Shown: piece after piece, positions 1 through 11,200 of the stretch
Numbering within the stretch: position 1 is the stretch's first letter
Layout: every line of letters begins with the position of its first letter
Notes under the pieces: generated by a model
Seen by the model: only the letters and a program-made list of their open reading frames with translations
What the model was told of the DNA's origin: nothing
The model's database searches: none
Translations under genes and position numbers: made by a program
Assembly: GCF_963676685.1 (NCBI RefSeq)
Contig: NC_092344.1
Coordinates: 71,734,001 to 71,798,000, forward strand
Length of the DNA: 64,000 nt
Direction of reading: 5' to 3'
DNA from: Mytilus edulis
Taxonomy: Eukaryota

Positions 1-159
1 TAGTTGAGCAGAAATATAAGAGCTGTTGATCCTGTCAAATGGCAATCTACATACATGTACATCTGTTTTAAGGCTGTTTAAAATAGCAAATGTTATCTAT
101 CGCTGTACGGTTAGGTTAAATTAAATTCTAATTATGGTTATCAGTCTGTATGCTGCACC

Positions 160-625
160 TCTCGTGATCGTATAATTGTAGAATGCGTTATGTTATGAAG
201 TGAAAAAAAGACGTCTATACTGTAGATACAAATGGATGATTTAATGCTGTAATACAATGACGTTAACATATAGCAACCATGACGTTACAAATAGAGCGCT
301 TATGCGTATAAGAACATGTACGATTCCCGCGGTACTGTGATAGTCTCTATTTATCCTAGACATACTCAGGGCCGTGAGTTTGTGCAATTAAAGTCTCAAT
401 GAGCAATTTATCTTATCTCCTGGTCTCGGTACCAATCTCGTTATCGTATAATTGTAGAATGTGTTGTGTTATAAAGTGAGAAAAAGACATCTATACAAAT
501 GGACGATTTAATGCTGGAATACAATGATGTTAACATATAGCAACAATGACGTTACATATAGAGAGCGCTATCGTGTATAAGTACATGTATGATTCCCGCG
601 GTACTGTGATAGTCTACCTATCCTG
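160..625. repeat. Imperfect direct duplication (about 160-357 and 436-625)
   Basis: Block 'tctcgtgatcgtataattgtagaatg...cccgcggtactgtgatagtct' occurs twice about 277 bp apart with substitutions and small indels. Confidence 0.8.
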
Positions 626-1911
626 GACAGCACCACTGGCACAGCAGCAGAGGATTATAACATTACTCTCAGGCCTATTAAAATCATTTCTACAGTCCAA
701 TATTGGCAATAAAATCAAAAAATTAGAACTACGCCTGTTGAGTGTAGATTTAAAAGTTCATCGTGAAGACTGGGTTAACGGTTATGTGTCACTCATTGCA
801 GACTTCACTAACATGCATACAAATTATTTGATACAGGTCTCATACATTTTGTACATGTATAAATAAATTTTGATTATTGAAAACTACTTCAACTGTGTAT
901 TACTATTAAAGTTGAGCCCTTTCATTCTCATGTTTTAAGAAACCCCGAAACCCCAGTTCATAATACTTATCACTTCACTAAACGCTCATTGTTTAAGTTT
1001 AATATCTTGAAATGAGAACAAATTTTTCGATTGAAATACCCCTCCCCCTTTTTTCAACATGTTGGATTCCACACGTTTTTTGTGTTAAAATGTTTTTTCA
1101 AACCGTTTCGATGTAAAATTCATTTGTCGTTACCTTTCTGTTTCTTTTAGTAAAGTGATTATTCAATAGTCACTATATTAATTGTTGTTTTGATTACTGT
1201 TGACAGTTTTGTTTTTCTTGTTTGGACAAGCTTTTTGTGTTTAAAGTTTACCGCTTCGTAATTGGTCCGTTCAATTTTGTAATACAACATCTCATTGGTC
1301 CATTTTCCTAAACAAAAGTTGCAAAATGTTCTAAAAGAAATATTTCGCCCCGATATGTTAGGTTCATCTACGATTAATATTTTTTGTATTTACTTATTCT
1401 GTTTATTCAAATTAAGAAAAAAAAGATGTCGATTTTACCAAATATGTTGTTTTAGTCATTACATGTATCTAATTAAATCATTGGAATTCTTGTTTCTAAA
1501 CTAAAAATGTAATTATCAGATGAAATTTACCTATTAATTTAACGTTAGATAAAAGTCCATATATTTATCTTGTACTTCGTCATTAACAAAATATGTTCAT
1601 GAACCTATTCTGTATGTTTTTCGACTTTTGTTTTGCATAAAAAGTATGTATGTAAATATATTTATTATATTATTGTATATTTTGAATTATTCAGAGGGAC
1701 TGATTTTATCCTCTTTAAATAAAGTATTTATTATTATTATACCTTTGTATTCTTTGATCTGCCGACAGGTGGTAATATGTTGGCAATCAAGGAAACTACA
1801 CTGAGCAGTGTCTCATCAAGTTGAAATTACATGTAGTCAAAACAAACAGTAATTATAATTACTGCTGTAGGCAATTTTTGTTTGTTCTTTTGAATTAGAT
1901 AAATATTTTAT

Positions 1912-2286
1912 TTGTCGCAATTATTTTTTTCTGTTACATTGAAATGCGGAAACTATTTTAAGATCCTAGATGATAAAAATATTATTACTTTTTGTAGATT
2001 CAGGATACTCAGTCATAAACTTCCTATTGAAACTGGAAGGTGGAAAAATGTACCTAGAGAAAATCGAAATTGTAAACTATGTAATTCAGGAGATATTGGG
2101 GATGAATTCTACTATATTTTTAAATGTTCGAAATTTAATCATGATAGAGAAAAGTTTTTGAAACCATATTATCTAAATAGACATAACATATTGAAATTTC
2201 ATGATTTGATGAATACTAGAAACATCAGTATGTTGAATCATTTGTGCAAATTTATCAGACTGATTAATAAACAGCTGGACTCTTAG
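1912..2286 (+). mobile_element. 3' fragment of a non-LTR retrotransposon (LINE) ORF2, C-terminal Cys-rich region
   Basis: Translation FRILSHKLPIETGRWKNVPRENRNCKLCNSGDIGDEFYYIFKC resembles the post-RT zinc-knuckle region of invertebrate LINE ORF2 proteins; no RT upstream, so 5'-truncated. Confidence 0.75.
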
Positions 2287-3189
2287 GGGAAACATTGTTT
2301 AATAACTTTTTTTATATAATATTGTATACATGCATAATGCGTTTTTTTTATATTACATGTAGCTGGAAATATTTTTCCAGTTGTAGATCATACATTTGTA
2401 TTAATTCTGACTATATGTTATATTATTAATTGTTTATATCTCTGTACCATGGATTTTGGTTTATGAGAATAAAGATATATCTAGAAGGATTTTTTTTAGG
2501 AATGATTAAAAACATACTTTTCAGCTCTTGTTCAGTGTCAGATCAACAAGACTATTCCTAAAAATAACTGAAATAAGGTATCTCATTTACTCTATGTATT
2601 TGACCAAGGACGTGTATGTGCACAATACAAATACTTGGACTAAATTTAGTATACTAATTATAGTAAAATATAGTCTCAGAGATATACTAGTCAATAAACA
2701 AGCACGCGTAATATATATATATATTAAATAGAAAGAACACTTATTTATGCACATACATATCTGAGATAATGGTATACTAACATACACAAAAATTAAAGCA
2801 CATATATAACAATATTTTATATTAAAAAAATATACTATATAAAATAGTCACGGGAATAACAAGAACACAATATTTTGTCATTCATTTTTAGTTCTTGAAA
2901 GTCTAGAAGGTACGTGCCATAAGTGAGGGGTCATATAATCATTGATCTATAATAATTAAGGATGGGGAGATCATATGTTAATCTTGCTAGTTCAAGTTTT
3001 CACAAAATTACCAAAGTATGGTGTTCAAGAAACTGTGTGATTTAAAAAACTAAATGCAGTATCTCAAACATTTCTCCATTTGTCTGAAGCAGACATAACT
3101 TGAAAGCCATACTACTCACTTTTTTTTTATAACCGAATCCATTGAAAGCAGTGAAAATGGATGTTATCTATAGAAATAAGTATGCACAC

Positions 3190-3797
3190 GCTGTACCCCA
3201 ATTTTTGACTTTTGACTTAATATATCTGTTTAATTTGCTCACACATTATTGTCAATATCTTGAAATTATATGCGACTATCATACAAGTTAGAGGTTTAGC
3301 TAGCTTTTAAACCAGGTTTAATCCAACATTATATAAAGAAATATTTCGCCCCGATATGTTAGGTTCATCTACGATTAATATTTTTTGTATTTACTTATTC
3401 TGTTTATTCAAATTAAGAAAAAAAAGATGTCGATTTTATCAAATATGTTGTTTTAGTCATTACATGTATATTAAATCATTGGAATTCTTGTTTCTAAACT
3501 AAAAATGTAATTATCAGATGAAATTTACCTATTAATTTAACGTTAGATAAAAGTCCATATATTTATCTTGTACTTCGTCATTAACAAAATATGTTCATGA
3601 CTTGAAATTATATGCGACTATCATACAAGTTAGAGGTTTAGCTAGCTTTTAAACCAGGTTTAATCCAACATTTTCTACATAAGGAAATGTCTGTACCAAG
3701 TCAGGAATATTACAGTTATTTTCCATTCGTTAGATGTTTTTAATCTTTTCGTTTTGAATTTCCCCAGGAGTTCGGCATTTTTGTTATTTTACTTTTT
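3190..3797 (+). mobile_element. SINE-like dispersed repeat ('...gtaccaagtcaggaatat...cctcggagttcagtatttttgtgattttactttt' family), interrupted by a templated insertion
   Basis: Related copies at about 23560-23900, 30838-30976, 32820-32945, 33455-33740 and 24730-24965, and on the minus strand near 22611-22680. Confidence 0.7.
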
Positions 3798-4102
3798 ACA
3801 CTATTTCATTTGATTCTTTGAGTTTACGGTTTAATAAAAAAAAAATGAGCAGCCTTTTAATTATTTCATGAAATAGATGGTTGTCGGGTGTCATCATTTT
3901 TAAAACATTGCCCTGAAATAAAAACCTATGTTTCCTCTTTATCTCAAGTGTTACAACAAATAAAAGTTCTGCCACTTAGACTAGTAATATATCACGAAGC
4001 CCTCCAGTCTCAATTCTTAAGTTTATCATGAAATGCAGCGCGGCTCAAAATGGAAACACATTTTATCTATTCCAAAATTGTATTTAAATATATAATAAAA
4101 TT

Positions 4103-4204
4103 CAATCTAATTAAAAACCGATCTCTCATCGCTCCTGTTTCTGATATCTCCCACGCGACATATCAGAAACAGGAGCGATGAGAGATCGGTTTTTAATTAG
4201 ATTG
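4103..4204. mobile_element. 102-bp hairpin MITE with 45-bp perfect TIRs and 9-bp TSD (Mutator-like)
   Basis: Arms 4103-4147 and 4160-4204 are exact reverse complements; aataaaatt is repeated at 4094-4102 and 4205-4213. Confidence 0.85.
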
Positions 4205-4342
4205 AATAAAATTGAGAATAGAAATGGGGAATGTGTCAAAGAGGCAACAACCCGACCACAGAACAGACAACAGCAGAAGATCACCAATTGGTCTTCAATG
4301 CAGCGAGAAATTCCCTCACCCAGCGGAGTCCTTCAGCTGGCA
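4205..4342 (-). mobile_element. Short 3'-end fragment of the Naiad-type retroelement family
   Basis: Reverse complement matches the last ~140 nt of the element at 8501-11612 (…ttgacacattccccatttc…ttctcaattttatt). Confidence 0.8.
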
Positions 4343-5233
4343 TAAGTTTACAATCTGAAACGTTAGTTTTTCGGAGTACCATCAAAGACAAGTCTCTGGT
4401 ACCAATGATCATTAAGTTTTCTCCAAATTAATTTTGTGACTATTCAATTTCACTGATTTCAAGTTTGTTGGATATGAAGCTATATAATGATTGATGTCTG
4501 TGATTATTTCAAGAACTTACCGAGAAGAGTTATACCGTGACGCTATGTTTTGTTTTTTTTTGCCGGGCTTTACAGAAGACAATATGATTATAGTTCTGAG
4601 GGAGTGGTAAAGTTCTATTTATGAATATTGCTGGAAATATTGTTAGTTGTGCTTATAGTTTCAGGATTGTTCTTAGATTTTAAGTTATGCTTTAGTTTTA
4701 GCATGTTTGGATGTGTAGCCTAGTTATAATTTGCAGATTTTCAATATGCATGAGCATGCTATTTCAATGCATTTGAAATAATTGCTGCTTTTAGTCTTAC
4801 TAACTACATCTTCTGTGTTTTAATGTTATGCTAATGTTCAATTATATTCGATAAAAAGCTTTTAAGAGCTTATGTTTGTATTGTTTTATGTGAATCAATA
4901 TAAAGCTTTCTGGTATAAATATCTCTGGTTTCACGACTGATTTCATACTACAAAATTTTTATATATTTACATTTCGCACCTTAAAATACATAAACAACAA
5001 CTGGACTGAAAAAAAATGTTGTTGTGTTATAAAAATGGTTAAATAGACAATTCGTCAAGATTATTCTCAAGTCAATTTTTGGAACAGAAACCGAAACCGA
5101 TGCAGGGTTTTAGGTATTTTTTTCCCTCACTTAATTATCGCCCCTGAATTTCAGAATACACGTTGAAGACAAACCACGTTGCAACGTCTAAACAACTGAA
5201 AGTGAATAAATAAAGTGACAACAGTCTATCATC

Positions 5234-8200
5234 ATGGTGCATCAGAGAAACTTAATTTATATTTTATTAATAATTTGTTCTTTACTGTACATCGTAAAGA
5301 GTAAAGACGAGAACGACATAAACTTTGCAAGCAAACAAAGTGGATATGAAAAAGCAGACGACGCTTGGGATGAAGATGAGGATGACAAAAGTGATGAAGA
5401 TGTTGAAGAGGATGCCAAAGATGAAGATGTGAAAGAGCAGGTTAAAAGAGACACTGGTGGGAATTTTTACAGCTTTACAGTGCTTGATTCAGAAGGAAAG
5501 AGTGTTGACTTGGGGCAATACAAAGGAAAGGTAAGAACAAAACTTTCGACACTGACAGAGTCAAATCCAAGACGAATCGTCCAACATTTTCACCAACTCG
5601 CCCCACTTGCTAAAAATTTGCCCCACTTTTGTTTAACAACTCGCCCCAATTTATGAAAAATGGTAAAAAATCCCACAGATAAAAGATCTACCAACAAACC
5701 CCACTCATGATGATAAACCACAATGAATTTAGTCACGCAACTCATGTACTTATGAAAAGATGCATTTCCCTTTCATATTTATGTTCCTGCCCCACTTATA
5801 AATAAAATGAATACCTTTGAAAACCAAAGATAATAGTTATCAAAGGTAACCATCATGTCTTTGTAGTCCTTTTCCATTTGTTGTAATAAAGCAGAAAGAA
5901 GTGAGTATCAACGGGGCAGATTTAGGAGGGAGGTTGGCGGACGTGTTCCCCCTGAAATTTGCAAAGCATGGGTTGTCCTCGAAAACTAATGTCGTCGCAT
6001 TGCATCTGTTATAACATTCAAAGAAGTACAAATGTATATAAAACAGTAAGTTTAACAGAATCAACGTGATAACTGATAAACTAACCTACGGTTTATTTAT
6101 AAATTCTATAAATATTAAATACTTTAAAGAAAGGTGTCAAAAGTGGTACTGCGTTTGATGACAAATATCATACTAGGCTTTAAGCAGTTAAAGTTAAACA
6201 AATGTGACAGTGTAGTTGCGGATTTTATAAACAATTTCTTTGATACTCAAAGTTCAAAAACATCCCTACCTCACTTTCCTACGAAGTCCCCTACCCACGG
6301 TTGGGTTGGTTTTTTATCATTGCATGGCCAAGAAAACAGTCCAAATTAGATTCTTTCTCAATGGAAAGATAGAAATACTGGTTCAAGCGAAAGGTTAGTT
6401 TATTAATTTGTATCATTATTTAATATCTTTATCCAGAGTTCGCGAAAAGTGTCAGTCCTCAGGATTTTACCACCAAAATTTTGCATCGGACTGACACAAT
6501 TTTAGTGTTTTTCAATAGAGTTAATAGTGAGGACCAGCAAATATCTTCAAGGACCACCAGGGAAAAAAAGATTTGGCGAACTCTGCTATCAATATATATT
6601 TCTCACTTGCAACCTGTAAAGTTTGCTGAAACATGCATAAACGGTCAAGGTCCCAACCTGTACTTCCCTATTACATAGGTCCCAACCTGTACTTCCCTAT
6701 TACATAGGTCCCATGAAAATAAGCAATATCTTCGTAATGATCTCTTTCTTATTTAAGTGGTTTGTAGTAAAAAAATGTATATAAAAAGTTTGGCACTACC
6801 TCCCAAAAAAACAAAAAATAAGAATAATTTTTTTTAATGAAGAGACAATTAAAAATTGCTGGCAAAAGGAGAAATTTTTGTTTTATTGGTCAGGTGATCA
6901 GCTATTGTTGAGTTAATGAATAGAAGCTCACATATTTCTTGTTAATTATGGTGATTGTAGATTGACAGGGGTGAATTTATGCGGTTTTAGCTTGAAACTG
7001 TAATTTCTCGCTAATTTTACCCTAAATATTTCTCGACACATTTTGCTTGGCTAGATATACATGTATTTACATTGTTCCCTCTCTAGAAGAATATTTCAAA
7101 AAATTTTATAATTATACCTAAACAAAATTTGACTTTGCGCCCCCCCCCCCCCCATTCCTCCCACCCCTCCCTAATCTAAACTCCTGGATCCGCCCCTGAT
7201 CAGTATTTGGTATCCAATAGTTAAGTCCCCAAACCAATCTGGCCTCAAGTTGGTCCGGCCCAAAGTTGATGTGCCTAATTTGATCATGTTGATCAGTCCC
7301 ACGTGAAATATGGAATAAACTAGATTTTAGGTTTGCACATCTACATAACCAATGCATAAGTATATATAACAATAATATTTAAAACAAACATACATTAAAT
7401 TATTTATGACAAGCACTTGGATGATATTAACATAAAACGAAGAACTAGAAGAAATTTTGTCAGCACTAGAAACATGAACATGAAATTCATTGATAACACA
7501 TATATGGCATACAATAGATTGTCATGGAATTGTGATTCTTCATGAAGTATGAGGTGGTAGAGTGCTGGCTTGTCATCATTATCATCTGTTCCAGCCTTCT
7601 GCTGTGCATTTGACCGACATTCAAGACATCACAATACAAGTTGTCAACAATACTGTGAATGTATAAAAAGTATTGCTTAAATTCAGTTCATAGATTAGAG
7701 TGGAGGCCTAGCTGTATCACAACTTTAGCTCATATTTTAAAGCATTGGCATACTATGCAGGGGCCCTAGAGTTATATTTATGGTTGATTCGTGTACAGTA
7801 GTGGTCCTGTATCATTAAAAAAATATTTTTAGAAGTCAATGTACACTAAGAAAATATTTGAGTGGAACATACTATCAAATATTTGCCACTGGACATTTAT
7901 AAAAAAAAAAACCCAGCTTTTGATCTGCCATCTAGTGCCAAAGGAAAAGAAACACTAAGATATTAACTAAGACAATCACTTTAAAACAAGGCTCTTTACA
8001 GTTACTTTGGACAAGCACAATATAAACATGGGTTGATATATATAAAAAAAAAAAAGATCAATCATCACTTTTCAATTTCCCTGTCAAACTAAACACCGAG
8101 GATAATTAAACCATGTAATATATACATATGTACAAATGGTTAAATATCACAGCAAAATTAGAATGGAGATAAAAGAGTAACTAAAATATTATAGTGATAG

Positions 8201-11200
8201 TTTCCCACTTAGAACTTGATAAATTCATTATTAGGAATTTGATATTGCCTTATTTAATAAAGCTACATGTACATGTTATATATATTTTATTTTTTAAGAT
8301 AACATTGGTTGTAAATGTTGCGTCTGAATGTGGATATACTGATAACCATTACAAAGCACTATCAAAGATACATAACCATTTAGTTACAACTGGAAGATTT
8401 TCAGTATTAGCCTTCCCATGCAACCAGTTTGGAAAACAAGAGCCAGGAGTAAGTACATAACCTTTCTGTGTAGCATTCATAGTAAGAGCCAGGAGTAAGT
8501 AAAATTACAGACAGTCTACCCTCTCGGTCTTAATGATAATATCATGGGAATTGGCAATATATCAAGAACCGATTCTGTTAACATTTTGGATATAGTTTCT
8601 AAAACTGTTCGTAAAAATCGTTCTCATGGACGCAGAAAAAATCGCAATCAAAGAAAATTTCGGACCAACCATACAAATATTTCGGACCTAATTTCCATTT
8701 CAAAAAACAACGGCAGACATTATCTGTTAACCAAGCTTTGTTCTTTACCTATAAATAAATTAAATAAAATTTTAGAGGATTGCAACACAATTTCATATTA
8801 CAGTCCTAAGTATGAAATTGTCCAAATTATAATGGCATATTGTTATTCTAAACTGTTTCCAAAAATTGATCGCCCTGAAGATCATAAAAAACATTTTATT
8901 AAAATAAAGTATGTCAATAAAGGTTTTGATTTTGTAAATATTGCCGGTATTTTTAACGACCATTCTGTTAAAGACCAAATTCCTGGATATTTTGATAATA
9001 CTGAACTCCCTCTCATTTGTTATATTTACAAGAAATCTACCCGAAAATATGTGTTTAATTATAGCCAATTGTGTAAAGATGTAAATATCACTGAAAATAC
9101 ACCTATGTCGTGTAATTGCAGTAATTCAGAATACACCTATGGACCAATTTCCCATGTTATAACAGGAGACCTTAACATCGTTCGCGACCGAGAGTTAAAA
9201 TCATTCCTCAGTAAAGGACCTAAATATCGTCCCCCGTCAACTATTAACTGGAATGAGTGTCGTAATATCATCAACGACTCACTCCGCGCCTACTGTTTGA
9301 AATGGGTAAAACGGGAAAAAGCTGACAAAAAATCTTTGGACTCTTTTTTTAATTCAGTAATGAAGATAGTTGATATTCGAATACAACATTTTAAAGAACA
9401 TTTTACCCTCAACAAAAACTATAAAAACCCTATTTCGCGTATCAAAAATAAACTAACAGAACTAGCCAAGGAATTTGTTTTTGTCCCGGCTGATAAAGCT
9501 GCTAATAATATCATTATTGTTTGACGTAAATTTTATATAGAGGTTCTGCAAAAGGAAATCACGAATTCACCAACATTCCAACTGACTTCATTTTCAGAAA
9601 ACGACATCTGTAACAAACATAAACTTTTAGCTACTTCTTTACAAGCAGAACCAAACACAATGAAAGTCCCAACTATGTACTGGCTTCCGAAGCTGCACAA
9701 AAAACCTTACAAATATAGATTTATTTCATCTTCCAGCCATTGTTCAACTACTAAATTGTCTGTTTTACTTACTAGTACACTTGGTACAATAAAAAACCTG
9801 ATAATAAATTGTTCAAATAAGGCCTTTGAAAATAGTGGAATTAATTACTTTTGGAGTGTCAAAAACTCGTTGGAAGTACTTGATAAATTGCATGCATATA
9901 TTGGTGATTTTGAATCTGTTCAAAGTTTTGATTTTTCTACCCTATATACCACTTTGCCTCATATTCTTATTAAGAAAAAATTCACATCCCTAATTAACTG
10001 GGCATTTAAAAAGTCGGAATGCGAGTACATATGTTCAAACTCTTTTAGATCATTTTTTAGTAGCAATAAACAAAAGAACTATGTCAATTGGACATGCTTT
10101 GATACTATTTATGCACTTGAATTTTTACTTGATAACATTTTTGTTCGCTTTGGAGATTCCGTATATCGTCAAGTTATTGGAATTCCAATGGGGACTAACT
10201 GTGCACCACTTATTGCGGACCTGTTTTTGTATTGTTATGAGTTACAATTTATGACTAAAATTAGCAAAGACCCATCAAAACAACATTTGATACAAAAATT
10301 TAACAATACTTTTAGATATTTGGATGATATATTGGCTCTAAATAATGACGACTTCAGTATGTATACTAAAGAAATTTATCCTGTAGAACTTACTTTAAAT
10401 AAAGCTAATGATAACAATGACCACTGCCCTTTCCTCGATCTTGATATCTATATCATAAACGGGAAGCTTAATACAAAAATTTATGATAAAAGAGATGATT
10501 TTTCATTTCCTATTGTTAATTATCCATTTTTAGATGGTGACGTTCCCTTGTCACCATCTTATGGTGTTTATATATCTCAACTTGTACGATTCGCTCGTGT
10601 ATGTAACAATGTATTAGATTTTAGCGAGAGAAATTTATGTATTACTGAAAAATTATTACACCAGGGTTTTCGATATCACAAACTGGTCAAAACATTTACT
10701 AAATTTTATCACCGGTATAAGGAAATAATTCGTAAATATAACTCAACATGCAGACATCTTATACGTTCAGGTATTTCACATCCAAAATTTTATGGAAATA
10801 TTCTTTATAAAGCACAAAAATGTCAGTATTCTCCTCAGAAACTAACAAAACCTTTAAATAGACTTATTAAAAGGGGATATAGTTACGATACTGTTGTCAG
10901 GTCATTAAAGATTGCATATTTTGGCTTTAACATTGGTTCACTGATAGGGTCTTTGCATCGGAACTAAACACATTTATTTCTAAAAAAACAGTTGTTGGCA
11001 TGACACGGGTTATGTTCTTCTCATATATTTTATGATAGTATGATACTAAACCCCTAACGGGAGGGATTGTACCTGATATTCATATGATGAAGACATAATC
11101 TTTCAATCAGTTTAATTGAGGTCTGGAGCTGGCATGTCAGTTAACTGCTAGTAGTCTGTTGTTATTTATGTATTATTGTCATTTTATTTATTTTCTTTTG

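Noticed and set aside
546-866. 106-aa ORF and other short AT-rich track ORFs
   Set aside because: No domain motifs or supporting splice structure; they overlap repeats, introns or UTRs.
8329-8331. The GPx as a selenoprotein
   Set aside because: The catalytic codon is TGT; the nearby SECIS is intronic and belongs to the retroelement.
8299-8560. In-frame GPx7-reverse transcriptase fusion
   Set aside because: Read-through from exon 2 stops at TAA 8458-8460, before the element.
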